From NCBI RefSeq assembly GCF_050729195.1, contig NZ_JBOHKS010000053.1, positions 6,128 through 70,127 on the forward strand: a stretch of 64,000 nt of DNA, given 5' to 3'. This document shows, in pieces, positions 28,469 to 38,923 of this stretch. The position numbers and the translations under genes are program-made. Position 1 is the first letter of the stretch; every line of letters starts with the position of its first letter. This stretch comes from Hypericibacter sp. GTDB taxonomy: Bacteria > Pseudomonadota > Alphaproteobacteria > Dongiales > Dongiaceae. The notes under the pieces are model-generated. The model was given only the letters and a program-made list of their open reading frames with translations. It was not told the DNA's origin and made no database searches.

Positions 28469-29836
28469 CTAGACCTTGGGATCGGGCTCGGGCGTACGCA
28501 AGGTCACGAACTCCTCGGCGGCGGTCGGATGGAGGGCGACGGTGGCGTCGAACTGGGCCTTGGTCGCGCCCATCTTCACGGCGATGGCGATGGCCTGGAT
28601 GATCTCCGGGGCGTCGGCTCCCACCATATGGGCGCCCAGGACCCGCTGGCTGGCCCGATCGACCACCAGCTTCATCAAGGTGCGCTCCTCGCGGCCGGTC
28701 AGGGTGTGTTTGAGCGGCCGGAAGCTGGTCTTGTAGATGTCGAGCGCGCCATGGCGCCCACGCGCAATCTCTTCGCTCAGGCCCACGGTCCCGACCGGCG
28801 GCTGGCTGAAAACGGCCGAAGGCACGGTTTCGTGGCTCATGCGCCAGGGCTTCTTGCCGAAGACGGTGTCGGCGAAGGCATGGCCCTCGCGGATCGCGAC
28901 CGGCGTCAGGTTGATGCGGTTGGTGACGTCGCCGATCGCGTAGATATGCGGCACGCTCGACCGCGATTCCTCGTCCACCGCGACCGCGCCCTGGCCGGCG
29001 AGCTTCACACCCACCGCCTCGAGCCCCATCCCTTCGGTGTTGGCCACGCGGCCCGTGGCATAGAGCACTTGGTCCACATGCAGGCGCGTGCCGTCCGAGA
29101 ACTGAACAGCGAGCGCAGAGCCTTCGCGCGCAAGGAACTTGATGTCGGTGCCGAGGCGCAGATCGATGCCCTTCTTGCCGATCTCGCCCGCGAGGAAATG
29201 CCGGATGTCCTTGTCGAAGCCGCGCAGGATCTGCTCGCCGCGATAGATCAGGGTCGTCTTGGAGCCCAGCCCATGGAAGATGCCGGCGAACTCGACCGCG
29301 ATATAGCCGCCGCCGACGACCAGCACGCGCTCCGGCAGGCGCTCGAGATGGAAAGCCTCGTTCGAGGTGATGCCGAGCTCGGCACCAGGATGGCTGGGGC
29401 GCTGCGGCCGGCCGCCGGTCGCGATCAGGATCGTGCCGGCGGTGAAACGGCGGCCCTCGAGATCGATCGTGTGCGGATCGGCGAGACGCGCGCGGCCCTC
29501 GAACACATCGGCGCCGGCGCTGGTGAGGATCTTGCGATAGATCGCGGAGAGCCGGTCGATCTCCTTGTCCTTGTTGGCGATGAGCCGGCTCCAGTCGAAG
29601 CTGGGCTCGCCCGGCAGATCCCAGCCATAGGCCGCGGAATCCGCGAAATCCTCGCGGAAATGCGACGCATAGACGAGGAGCTTCTTGGGAATGCAGCCGC
29701 GGATGACGCAGGTGCCGCCATAGCGATATTCCTCGGCCACCGCGACGCGCGCGCCATGGGTGGCGGCGATGCGACCGGCCCGGACGCCGCCCGAGCCGCC
29801 GCCGATGACGAAAAGATCGTAATCGTAGCCCGCCAT
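28469..29836 (-). CDS. gor: Glutathione-disulfide reductase
   Basis: DLFVIGGGSGG, GGTCVIRGCIPKK (redox Cys pair), GGGYIAVEFA, HPTAAEEFV; true start MAGYDYD inside ORF 28469..31357. Confidence 0.96.
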   Translation of the reverse strand: MAGYDYDLFVIGGGSGGVRAGRIAATHGARVAVAEEYRYGGTCVIRGCIPKKLLVYASHFREDFADSAAYGWDLPGEPSFDWSRLIANKDKEIDRLSAIYRKILTSAGADVFEGRARLADPHTIDLEGRRFTAGTILIATGGRPQRPSHPGAELGITSNEAFHLERLPERVLVVGGGYIAVEFAGIFHGLGSKTTLIYRGEQILRGFDKDIRHFLAGEIGKKGIDLRLGTDIKFLAREGSALAVQFSDGTRLHVDQVLYATGRVANTEGMGLEAVGVKLAGQGAVAVDEESRSSVPHIYAIGDVTNRINLTPVAIREGHAFADTVFGKKPWRMSHETVPSAVFSQPPVGTVGLSEEIARGRHGALDIYKTSFRPLKHTLTGREERTLMKLVVDRASQRVLGAHMVGADAPEIIQAIAIAVKMGATKAQFDATVALHPTAAEEFVTLRTPEPDPKV

Positions 29837-29847
29837 TCGAGGCTCTC

Positions 29848-31239
29848 CTACGCGGCCTGCGGCTGCGCCCTGGGCAGGTCCGAAGACATCGGGCGCGGCG
29901 CCAGGGCGCGCCAGCGCCGCCAGGTCAGCAATGCCATCACGACCACTTCGGCCAGCGGCAGGCCGATCGCGACCAGGGGCCCCTCGAGCGGCCAGGGCAG
30001 GAACAGCGCTTGGATCCAGCTGGGCCCGAGAAATCCGAGGATACCCGGGATCACCCAATAGAGGATCGCGAGATAGATGAGCGCGGCCAGATCCGGGCTG
30101 CGGGCGCGCTTGCCGAAATTGAGGAACAGCAGGATCAGGAGATCGCGCAGCGTGAAGAGAAGGGCGGCGACGGCCCAGGCGGTCGCCGCCAGGATCTTCA
30201 CATCCGCGATCTTGAAGATGTCGTAGAAGAGCGGCTGGATGAGCGCCGGATCGGAGTGATCGGTCCGAATCCCGAGCGCGATGACGAACCAGGCCATCAG
30301 CGGCAGCGAGGGCAGCCAGAGCGGCATCAGCCGCGCGGCGCGGCCCCAATCGCCGCTCTTGAGCGAGATCAGGAACCAGCGATAGCGCACGCTGTCTTTG
30401 CTGTCGGCGAAGATCGCCACATAGAACAGCAGGGCGGAGAGCGGCACTGCCACGACCAGCCAGTCGATGCCTTTCGCCTTGGCCGCGGCATCGGTGAAGC
30501 CCGCGAAGAAGGCGATGACATAGATCGAGAACAGCGTCCAGGCCCAGGGCCAGACCGGCTTCTGCAGATCGGCGCAGAGCGCGCGATAGACGGCGAAGAG
30601 CGCCCAGGCGAGGAAGCCCGCGGCGGCGGCCAGGAAGAAATTGTTCGGCCGGGCCTCGAGCCCGTACCAGTCGACCATGAAGCTGACTTCGATATTGCTC
30701 AGGCTGAGCAGGCTCGGGCCCGCCGGCGAGAGCAGGACACCCGCGACGATGCCGAGCCCTTGCGCAATCAGCGAGGACCCGCGCCCGCCCGCCCGCGCGC
30801 GACCGCGGCGCAGGAGCACCGCCAGCAGCGACACGGCGAGCGCGGTGGCCCCCGCGATCGGATGCAGCAGGAAGACCTGCCAGGTCTGGTCGCTCTCGAC
30901 CGCCATCACGGCGAGGCAGATCAGGCCGCAATACCAGACATAGCTGGTGGCGCCGAAGAGCTTGCCCCAGGCCATGGAGAGCGGCCCCAGCGCCGACATG
31001 CGCTGGCTGTCCCAGGTGCGGTTGGAAATCTCGTCGCCAAGCGAGGCCGCGGCGCGGCGCGTGCCCCAGAGCAGCATGATGATGTAATAGGCCCAGAGCG
31101 CGACATGCGAGACCTCGCCCAGGTCCCGGCCGCCGACATACCAGGCGAGCAGGAAGATCGCGCCCAGCACCAGCGGCGCCGCGATCAGCCGCGGCAGGGT
31201 CATCTCGAGCCAGAGATTGCGCAGGAATTCCGGATTCAT
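29848..31239 (-). CDS. Multi-pass membrane protein, probable ABC-2-type exporter permease
   Basis: Highly hydrophobic 463 aa; MNPEFLRNLWLE start and ...DEISNRTWDSQRMSAL...GKLFG pattern; overlaps (ATGA) the ATPase gene. Confidence 0.7.
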   Translation of the reverse strand: MNPEFLRNLWLEMTLPRLIAAPLVLGAIFLLAWYVGGRDLGEVSHVALWAYYIIMLLWGTRRAAASLGDEISNRTWDSQRMSALGPLSMAWGKLFGATSYVWYCGLICLAVMAVESDQTWQVFLLHPIAGATALAVSLLAVLLRRGRARAGGRGSSLIAQGLGIVAGVLLSPAGPSLLSLSNIEVSFMVDWYGLEARPNNFFLAAAAGFLAWALFAVYRALCADLQKPVWPWAWTLFSIYVIAFFAGFTDAAAKAKGIDWLVVAVPLSALLFYVAIFADSKDSVRYRWFLISLKSGDWGRAARLMPLWLPSLPLMAWFVIALGIRTDHSDPALIQPLFYDIFKIADVKILAATAWAVAALLFTLRDLLILLFLNFGKRARSPDLAALIYLAILYWVIPGILGFLGPSWIQALFLPWPLEGPLVAIGLPLAEVVVMALLTWRRWRALAPRPMSSDLPRAQPQAA

Positions 31240-32213
31240 GGGCGGGCCACCGGGGCTGCTGTCGCGGTGGCCGGGGCCGGCAGCGCGTGGGTGCGGGCCC
31301 GATTGTCCTTGAGCAGGGCCAGATAGGCATCCTGCAGGTCGGATTTGGCCGCGGCAAAGCTCGCGACCGGAAGGCCCGCTTCGATCAGGCGGCGCAACAG
31401 GGCGGCCTGGGCCGCCGTATCGCCGGTCGCCACGAAGCGCGCCATCGTGCCTTCGATCTGGATCTCGCTCACGCCGATCGTGGTCAGGATGCCGGCGATG
31501 TCGTTGCGTGCCTCGGCCAGAGTCAATTCGAAACGTCGCGCGCCATCAGGCGCCACAGCACCGTCGAGCGCGCGATGTTCGAGGATGCGGCCCTGCTCCA
31601 TCACCAGGAGATGGGTCGAGTAGTCCTCGAGCTCGGCCAGGATGTGGGAAGACACCACCAGGGTCATGCCCTCGTCCTTCAGGCCGCGCAGCACCGCGGC
31701 GAGGCCGAAGCGCGCCTCGGGATCGAGGCCGGAGGCGGGCTCGTCGAGCAGGATCACCGCGGGCTCATGCACGATCGCCTGGGCAATGGCGAGGCGCTGG
31801 CGCAAGCCGCGCGACAGTTCTCCCGCCCGCTGCTTGAGGCGGTCGGAGAGGCCGAGCCGTTCGGCGGCGCGCTGGACCGCAGCGGCGCGACGTTCCGAAG
31901 GAATCGCCTGCGCGCGCGCCCGGTAATCCAGGCAGCGTGCGACCGTCAGATCGGCATAGAGGCCGAAGAAATCGGAGAGATAGCCCATGCGTGCATGAGC
32001 TTCACGCGGCACGCGATGGACATCGATCGCGTCGAGATGCACATGGCCGGCGGCCGGCAAAGCCAACCCCGCCATGCAATTGAGGAGCGTGGTCTTGCCG
32101 GCGCCGTTCGGCCCGACCAGTGCGGTGATGGAATGCGGCTCGATGGCGAAGGAGACGCCATCGAGGGCCCGAAATCCCGGATAGTCGAAGACGAGATCCT
32201 CGACCCGGATCAT
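31236..32213 (-). CDS. ABC-2-type ATP-binding protein
   Basis: GPNGAGKTT, LSRGLRQR, ILLDEPASGLDP, VSSHIL. Confidence 0.92.
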   Translation of the reverse strand: MIRVEDLVFDYPGFRALDGVSFAIEPHSITALVGPNGAGKTTLLNCMAGLALPAAGHVHLDAIDVHRVPREAHARMGYLSDFFGLYADLTVARCLDYRARAQAIPSERRAAAVQRAAERLGLSDRLKQRAGELSRGLRQRLAIAQAIVHEPAVILLDEPASGLDPEARFGLAAVLRGLKDEGMTLVVSSHILAELEDYSTHLLVMEQGRILEHRALDGAVAPDGARRFELTLAEARNDIAGILTTIGVSEIQIEGTMARFVATGDTAAQAALLRRLIEAGLPVASFAAAKSDLQDAYLALLKDNRARTHALPAPATATAAPVARP

Positions 32214-32253
32214 CGGGCCCCCAGACTCATGGCGCGAACGCGCGGTCTGTCGA

Positions 32254-33738
32254 TCAGACGCCGCCCATGCAGAGATACTTGATCACCAGGAAGTCATCCA
32301 TGCCGTACTTCGAGCCTTCACGGCCGAAGCCCGACTCCTTGACGCCGCCGAACGGGGCGACCTCGGTCGAGATGATCCCGGTGTTGATGCCGACGATCCC
32401 GCTCTCCAGGCCCTCGGCGACGCGCCAGACGCGGCCGATGTCGCGGGCATAGAAATAATTGGCGAGACCGAACTCGGTATCGTTGGCGAGCTTGAGCGCT
32501 TCCTCGTCGGTCTTGAAGCGGAACAGCGGGGCCACCGGCCCGAAGGTCTCCTCACGCGCCACCGTCATCTCGGTGGTGACGCCGGTCAGCACCGTCGGCT
32601 CGAAGAAGGAACCGCCCAGCGCGTGGCGATGACCGCCGGCGATGATCTTGGCGCCCTTCTTCACGGCATCGGCGACATGCTCCTCGACCTTCTCGACCGC
32701 CTTCATGTTGATGAGCGGGCCCTGCTGGGTCTCGCCCTTGAGGCCGTCGCCCACCTTCATCTTCGCGACCGCGGCCGCGAGCTTCTTGGCGAAGGCGTCA
32801 TAGACGCTGTCCTGCACCAGGATGCGGTTGGCGCAGACGCAGGTCTGACCGGTGTTGCGGTATTTCGACATCATCGCGCCTTCGACCGCGGCATCGAGAT
32901 CCGCGTCGTCGAACACGATGAAGGAGGCATTGCCGCCGAGCTCCATCGACATCTTCTTGACCGTGTCGGCGCCCTGCTTCAGCAGGATCTTTCCGACCTC
33001 GGTCGAGCCGGTGAAGGAGATCTTGCGCACGATCGGGTTCGAGGTGATCTCGGCGCCGATCTCGCGGGCCGACCCTGAGATGATGTTGATGACGCCGGCC
33101 GGGAAGCCCGCGCGCTCGGCGAGTTCCGCCAGCGCGAAGGCCGAATAGGGGGTCTCGGTCGCCGGCTTGATCACGACCGGGCAGCCGGCCGCCAGGGCCG
33201 GAGCGCATTTGCGGGTGATCATCGCGTTCGGGAAGTTCCAGGGCGTGATGGCGCCGACGACGCCGACCGGCTCCTTGACCACGACGATGCGCTTGTCCGG
33301 CTGGTGGCCCGGGATGGTGTCGCCATAGACGCGCTTGGCTTCCTCGGCGAACCACTCGACGAAGGAGGCGCCATAAGCGATCTCGCCCTTGGCCTCCGCC
33401 AGCGGCTTGCCCTGCTCGGCGGTCAGGATGACGGCCAGGTCGTCCTGATTCTCCATCATCAGGTTGAACCATTTGCGCAGGATGTTGGCCCGCTCCTTGG
33501 CGGTCTTCTTGCGCCAGGCCGGCCAGGAGGCGTTGGCCGCCTCGATCGCGCGGCGGGTCTCGGCCGTTCCCATGAGCGGAATGGTGCCCAGCACCTCGCC
33601 CGTCGCCGGGTTGGTCACGTCGATGGTCTTGCCGGAATCGGCATTTGCCCATTTGCCGTTGATGTAGCCCTGCTGACGGAAGAGCCGCGGGTCTTTCAGC
33701 GGCAGCTGAGAGGCAACCTTCATGGCGACCTGTTGCAT
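32254..33738 (-). CDS. gabD: NADP-dependent succinate-semialdehyde dehydrogenase
   Basis: [49 protein letters not shown]; RBS GAGG before 33738. Confidence 0.93.
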   Translation of the reverse strand: MQQVAMKVASQLPLKDPRLFRQQGYINGKWANADSGKTIDVTNPATGEVLGTIPLMGTAETRRAIEAANASWPAWRKKTAKERANILRKWFNLMMENQDDLAVILTAEQGKPLAEAKGEIAYGASFVEWFAEEAKRVYGDTIPGHQPDKRIVVVKEPVGVVGAITPWNFPNAMITRKCAPALAAGCPVVIKPATETPYSAFALAELAERAGFPAGVINIISGSAREIGAEITSNPIVRKISFTGSTEVGKILLKQGADTVKKMSMELGGNASFIVFDDADLDAAVEGAMMSKYRNTGQTCVCANRILVQDSVYDAFAKKLAAAVAKMKVGDGLKGETQQGPLINMKAVEKVEEHVADAVKKGAKIIAGGHRHALGGSFFEPTVLTGVTTEMTVAREETFGPVAPLFRFKTDEEALKLANDTEFGLANYFYARDIGRVWRVAEGLESGIVGINTGIISTEVAPFGGVKESGFGREGSKYGMDDFLVIKYLCMGGV

Positions 33739-34051
33739 GGTGGGTCCTCGAAACAAGGGGTTGGCGGGAGGTTGGCCGGAGTATAGCGGCCGGCTGCGCA
33801 GGCGCAATCCGGTCAATTCCCTGAACAATCGACCATCGCCGACTTAGACATCTGGTCGCATCCACCAAAATGGGGAGGCGGGCCTCCGCCCGCAAATCCC
33901 TGGACGCATGCCAGGAATGCCGGCCGGGGGTGGCGGCAATGGCCGGATTCGTGCTATCGCCGGGGCCGGTTTTTCGCGCCGATGCCATCCGGCAGGCCCT
34001 CCCTGCCGCCGTCCCGAACCCTGACGATGGCCGGCGTTTCTCCAAGGAGAC

Positions 34052-35341
34052 ATGACCATGGCGACGAATCAGGAAATGCAGCAGCGCCGCGCCAATGCGG
34101 TTCCCCGGGGCGTCGGCACGGCGATGCCGTTCTACGCCGCCAAGGCCGAGAACGCCGAACTGTGGGATATCGAGGGCAACCGCTATATCGACTTCGCCGG
34201 CGGCATCGCCGTGCTGAACACCGGCCATCGTCATCCGAAGGTGATGAAGGCGGTCGAGCAGCAGATGGGCAAGTTCACCCACACCGCCTTCCAGGTGGTG
34301 GCCTATGACAGCTACATCACCCTGGCCGAGCGCCTGAACAAGGCAGCGCCGGGCAATTTCGCCAAGAAGACCATCTTCTTCACCACCGGTGCCGAAGCGC
34401 TGGAGAATGCGGTCAAGATCTCGCGCCACTACACCAACCGCCCCGGCGTCATCACCTTCGCGGGCGCCTTCCACGGCCGCACCAGCCTGACCATGGCCAT
34501 GACCGGCAAGGTCCAACCCTACAAGGTCGGCGGTCCCTTCGTGCCCGAGGTCTATCACGTCCCCTTCCCCAACGTGCTTCATAGCGTGACGGTCGAGCAG
34601 TCGCTGGCGGCGCTCCAGACCCTGTTCAAAGCCGACATCGATCCGTCGCGCGTCGCCTGCATCGTGATCGAGCCGGTCCAGGGCGAAGGCGGCTTCAATA
34701 TCGCGCCGAAGGAGTTCGTCCAGGCGCTGCGCAAGATCTGCGACGAGCACAAGATCATGCTGGTGTCGGACGAGGTCCAGGCCGGCATCGCGCGCACCGG
34801 TAAGATGTTCGCGATCGAGCATAGCGGCATCGCACCCGACCTCATCGCCTCGGCCAAGAGCCTGGCGGGCGGTTTCCCGCTCTCGGCCGTGATCGGTCGC
34901 GCCGAGGTGATGGATTCGGTTCCCCCAGGCGGCTTGGGCGGCACCTATGCCGGCAGCCCGCTGGGTGTCGCCGCCGGCAATGCCGTGCTCGACGTGATCG
35001 AGGAAGAGAAGCTGCTGGAGCGGGCCGACAAGATGGGCAAGCTCATGACCGACCGCCTCAACGCCATGGCGAAGAAGAACCGCTTCTCCTGCATCGGCGA
35101 TGTGCGCGGCCTCGGCGCCATGATCGCGGTCGAGCTGGTCAAGGACCGCACCACCAACGAGCCCGATGCCGACCTGACCAAGAAGGTCGTGACCAAGGCC
35201 CAGGAGAATGGGCTGATCCTTCTCTCCTGCGGCGTCTACAGCAACGTGCTGCGCCTGCTGGTGCCGCTGACCGCCAGCGACGCGCTGGTCAATGAGGGGC
35301 TGGACATCATCGAGAAGTCGCTCGACCAGTCGCTCAATTGA
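34052..35341 (+). CDS. gabT: 4-aminobutyrate--2-oxoglutarate aminotransferase
   Basis: DFAGGIAVLNTGH, TGAEALENAVK, FHGRT, EPVQGEGG, SDEVQAG, AKSLAGG (PLP Lys), GGTYAGSP; divergent from gabD. Confidence 0.93.
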   Translation: MTMATNQEMQQRRANAVPRGVGTAMPFYAAKAENAELWDIEGNRYIDFAGGIAVLNTGHRHPKVMKAVEQQMGKFTHTAFQVVAYDSYITLAERLNKAAPGNFAKKTIFFTTGAEALENAVKISRHYTNRPGVITFAGAFHGRTSLTMAMTGKVQPYKVGGPFVPEVYHVPFPNVLHSVTVEQSLAALQTLFKADIDPSRVACIVIEPVQGEGGFNIAPKEFVQALRKICDEHKIMLVSDEVQAGIARTGKMFAIEHSGIAPDLIASAKSLAGGFPLSAVIGRAEVMDSVPPGGLGGTYAGSPLGVAAGNAVLDVIEEEKLLERADKMGKLMTDRLNAMAKKNRFSCIGDVRGLGAMIAVELVKDRTTNEPDADLTKKVVTKAQENGLILLSCGVYSNVLRLLVPLTASDALVNEGLDIIEKSLDQSLN

Positions 35342-35365
35342 GCTGATCGCTCAGCTTAGAACGAC

Positions 35366-35400
35366 AAAGGCGGCGCTTCCTTCGGGAGCGCCGCCTTTTT
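35366..35400. terminator. Bidirectional intrinsic terminator between gabT and glmS
   Basis: AAAGGCGGCGCT...AGCGCCGCCTTTTT hairpin between convergent genes. Confidence 0.85.
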
Positions 35401-35423
35401 CTTTTGCCGGCAAGGTGACGCGT

Positions 35424-37244
35424 CTATTCGACAGTCACGCTCTTGGCGAGATTGCGGGGCTGATCGACATCGGTGCCTTTGGCGACGGCGGCGTGATAAG
35501 CGAGGAGCTGCACCGGGATCGCAAACAGGATCGGCGCCACGAAGGGATCGACCTCGGGCAGCGCCACGGTGATCGCGGCCTTGCCGCCGAGCTTCTTGGC
35601 GCCCTTGTGGTCGGAGAGGAAGATCACCCGGCCGCCGCGCGCCATGACTTCCTGAAGGTTGGAAGCCGTCTTCTCGAAGAGATCGTCCGAGGGCGCCACC
35701 ACCACGACCGGGACATTCTCGTCGATCAGCGCGATCGGCCCGTGCTTCATCTCGCCCGCGGCATAGCCTTCGGCATGGATGTAGGAGATCTCCTTGAGCT
35801 TGAGCGCACCTTCGAGCGCGATCGGATAACTCGTACCGCGGCCGAGGAAGAGCACATCGCGCGTCTCGGCGATGTCATAGGCGATGCGCCGGATGGATTC
35901 GTCATGGTTCAGCACCTCGGCCGCGCGGGCCGGGACCTCGAGCAGCGCCTGCGAGAGTTCGGTCTCGCGCTTATGATCGATGGCGCCGCGCGCCCGCGCC
36001 GCCGAGATCGCGAGGCAGGCGAGCACGGTCAATTGCGTGGTGAAGGCCTTGGTCGAGGCGACGCCGATCTCGGGGCCAGCCAGGGTCGGCAGGACCAGAT
36101 CCGATTCGCGCGCGATCGTGCTCTCCGGCACGTTCAGGACCGAGAGGATCTTCTGGCCCTGGCTTTTCGCGTAGCGGAGCGCCGCCAGCGTATCGATGGT
36201 CTCGCCCGATTGCGAGATCACCATCGTGGCGCCGCCTTTGGGCAACGGTGCTTCGCGATAGCGGAACTCGGAGGCGATATCGAGCTCGACCGGCACCCGC
36301 GCGATCTGCTCGAACCAGTATTTGGCGACCATGCCGGCGAGATAGGCGGTGCCGCAGGCGACGATGGTGAGCCGCGACAGGGTCGCGAAGTCGAACGGCA
36401 GCGCCGGCATCTCGATCGTGCGCGCCAGCGGATTGACATAGCGCTGCAGGGTGTCGCCGATGACCGCCGGCTGCTCATAGATTTCCTTGAGCATGAAATG
36501 GCGGAAATTGCCCTTGCCGACGCGGGCTCCCGTCATCGCCGTCTGCTTGATCTCGCGCTCGACCTTGTTCGGGCCGTTGAAGATCTCGCCGCCCTTGGAG
36601 GTGACGACGACCCAGTCGTTCTCCTCGAGATAGCAGATGCGCGAGGTGAAGGGCGCCAGCGCCAGCGCGTCGGAGCCGATATACATCTCGCCGTCGCCAT
36701 AGCCGACCGCGAGCGGGCTGCCGCGCCGGGCCCCGATCATGAGATCGGAACGGCCGGCGAAGATGACGCCCAGCGCGAAGGCGCCCTTGAGCCGATCCAT
36801 GGCGATCGTCATCGCCTGCTGCGGCGTCTTCTGTTGCTCCAGGAGATGGGTTAGGAGATGGGCGACCACTTCGGTGTCGGTCTCGGTCTCGAATTCGCGG
36901 CCGAGACCCTCGAGCTCTTCGCGCAGCTCCTGGAAATTCTCGATGATGCCGTTATGCACCACGGCCACCCGGTCGGTCGCATGGGGATGCGCGTTCGTCT
37001 CGGAGGGGCGGCCATGGGTGGCCCAGCGTGTATGACCGATGCCGATGGTGCCCGCGAGCGGATTGGATCCGACCAGCGCCTCGAGCCGCGCGATCTTGCC
37101 TTCGGCACGACGGCGCTCGATATGGCCGTTGACCAATGTCGCCACGCCCGACGAATCGTAGCCGCGATATTCGAGCCGCTTCAGGCCCTCGATCAGCAGC
37201 GGGGCGACCGGCGCCTTGCCGATGATGCCGATGATGCCGCACAT
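35424..37244 (-). CDS. glmS: Glutamine--fructose-6-phosphate aminotransferase
   Basis: MCGIIGI N-terminal Cys, EYRGYDSSG, GHTRWATHG, VHNGIIEN, SQSGET, RNLAKSVTVE. Confidence 0.97.
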   Translation of the reverse strand: MCGIIGIIGKAPVAPLLIEGLKRLEYRGYDSSGVATLVNGHIERRRAEGKIARLEALVGSNPLAGTIGIGHTRWATHGRPSETNAHPHATDRVAVVHNGIIENFQELREELEGLGREFETETDTEVVAHLLTHLLEQQKTPQQAMTIAMDRLKGAFALGVIFAGRSDLMIGARRGSPLAVGYGDGEMYIGSDALALAPFTSRICYLEENDWVVVTSKGGEIFNGPNKVEREIKQTAMTGARVGKGNFRHFMLKEIYEQPAVIGDTLQRYVNPLARTIEMPALPFDFATLSRLTIVACGTAYLAGMVAKYWFEQIARVPVELDIASEFRYREAPLPKGGATMVISQSGETIDTLAALRYAKSQGQKILSVLNVPESTIARESDLVLPTLAGPEIGVASTKAFTTQLTVLACLAISAARARGAIDHKRETELSQALLEVPARAAEVLNHDESIRRIAYDIAETRDVLFLGRGTSYPIALEGALKLKEISYIHAEGYAAGEMKHGPIALIDENVPVVVVAPSDDLFEKTASNLQEVMARGGRVIFLSDHKGAKKLGGKAAITVALPEVDPFVAPILFAIPVQLLAYHAAVAKGTDVDQPRNLAKSVTVE

Positions 37245-37300
37245 GTTCCCGACCTCCTCGATCTGTCCGCCCGGCGCCGAAGCGCGGGGCGGCGGCTTGC

Positions 37301-38701
37301 TCACTTGCCCGACTTGCGTTTCGTCCCGGATCTGGCGCCGGCCTTCTTGGCCGGTTTCGCCTTGGTCGTCTTCTTGCGCTTGGCGCGGAAGGTCTGGGCC
37401 CGGCCCGTCATATTGACCTGGCGGCCGCGCGCGATCGCCATCGCATCGGCCGGCACATTCTCGGTGATGACGCTGCCCGCGCCGACGATGGCGCCCGCCC
37501 CGATCGTCACCGGCGCCACCAGCGAGCTGTTCGAGCCGATCGAGACATTGGGGCCGATCACGGTGCGCGACTTGCTGAAGCCGTCATAATTCACGGTGAT
37601 GGTCCCGGCGCCGATATTGGTGCCGCCGCCGATCTCCGCATCGCCGATATAGGTCAGATGGTTCGCCTTGGCGCCGGGCCCGAGCCGCGCGTTCTTGATC
37701 TCGACGAAATTGCCGATATGGACATCCGGCCCGATCGCGGCGCCCGGCCGCAGCCGCGCGAAGGGGCCGATGCGGGCACCGGCCGCGATGCGCGCGCCCT
37801 CGATATGGCAGAAGCCCTTGATCTCCACATCGCTCTCGATCGTGACGCCCGGCCCGAAATAGACATGGGGACCGACCACCACATCCTGGCCCAGCTGCGT
37901 GTCGTGGCTGAAATAGACGCTGGCGGGCTCGAGCAGCGTGGCGCCGCCTTCCATCGCCGAAGCACGAGCGCGCTGCTGATAGACCTGCTCGGCCGCCGCC
38001 AGATCGGCGCGGCTGTTGATGCCCATCAGCTCCTCGACCGAGGCCTCGACCACGGCGCAGTCCCAGCCGCGGCCGCGCGCGAGCGCCACCAGGTCGGTCA
38101 GGTAATATTCGCTCTTGGCATTGTCGTTCCGCAACTCCTTCAGGAGCGGCAGTATGCGCTCGGCGTCGAGCGCCATGACGCCGGAATTGCAGAGCCCGAT
38201 CGCCCGCTGCTCGGGCGTCGCGTCGCACGCCTCGACAATGGCGTCGAGACCGCCCGATGCGCCGAGCACCAGCCGTCCGTAACCGCCCGGCTCGTCGGGC
38301 CGGAATCCCAGCACCACCACGGCCGGATCGTCGGCCCCCCGCCGGCGCTTCAGCATCGCCTCCAGCGTCGCGGTGGCGATGAAGGGCGTGTCGCCATAAA
38401 GAACCAGGAGATCGCCCGAGACCGATTTGAGTGTCGTGCGAGCCGCCATGACCGCGTGCCCGGTGCCGAGCTGTTCGCGTTGGACGGCGATCTGGGCGGG
38501 TACTGCCGCTTCCGCCACGGCTTCCATGCCCGGCGCCACCACCAGCACCACCGGATCGCAGTGCAAGGGCTTCAGGGCCGCCATCACATGGCCGATCATC
38601 GGCCGGTTGGCGATCTCATGCATGACCTTGGGCTTGCGCGACTTCATGCGGGTGCCCTTGCCCGCGGCGAGGACGATGGCAGCGGTTCGAGACTTCGGCA
38701 T
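37301..38701 (-). CDS. glmU: Bifunctional UDP-GlcNAc pyrophosphorylase/glucosamine-1-P acetyltransferase
   Basis: VLAAGKGTRMKS, QLGTGHAV, LYGDTP, EYYLTD, hexapeptide repeats, NHLTYIGDA, GAGTITVNYDG. Confidence 0.97.
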   Translation of the reverse strand: MPKSRTAAIVLAAGKGTRMKSRKPKVMHEIANRPMIGHVMAALKPLHCDPVVLVVAPGMEAVAEAAVPAQIAVQREQLGTGHAVMAARTTLKSVSGDLLVLYGDTPFIATATLEAMLKRRRGADDPAVVVLGFRPDEPGGYGRLVLGASGGLDAIVEACDATPEQRAIGLCNSGVMALDAERILPLLKELRNDNAKSEYYLTDLVALARGRGWDCAVVEASVEELMGINSRADLAAAEQVYQQRARASAMEGGATLLEPASVYFSHDTQLGQDVVVGPHVYFGPGVTIESDVEIKGFCHIEGARIAAGARIGPFARLRPGAAIGPDVHIGNFVEIKNARLGPGAKANHLTYIGDAEIGGGTNIGAGTITVNYDGFSKSRTVIGPNVSIGSNSSLVAPVTIGAGAIVGAGSVITENVPADAMAIARGRQVNMTGRAQTFRAKRKKTTKAKPAKKAGARSGTKRKSGK

Positions 38702-38923
38702 GGGGAACGCTTTTGGGCTCCAATCGGGGCCGGGTCGGCCCATTTCTCGCCGGGAGGGTCGCCGCCGCCCGAACGATAGGGTCTTGTCGGCCGCGGCGCG
38801 ATCCGGCAAGAACGCCGGAACCAAGCACCGTCAACGCCGCTTGGGGCACCCTGCCACAGCCGCAAGGCCGCTCCAAGAGAGCATCCTTGTGCGCTCCCGT
38901 GGCGTTTTCATGGCGGATGGAAT

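Noticed and set aside
28469-31357. 962-aa apparent N-terminally extended glutathione reductase (likewise 42333-44735, 9415-11565, 7352-9049)
   Set aside because: Extensions are Arg/Ala/Pro-rich off-frame readings of the upstream gene; family N-termini and RBSs mark the internal starts.
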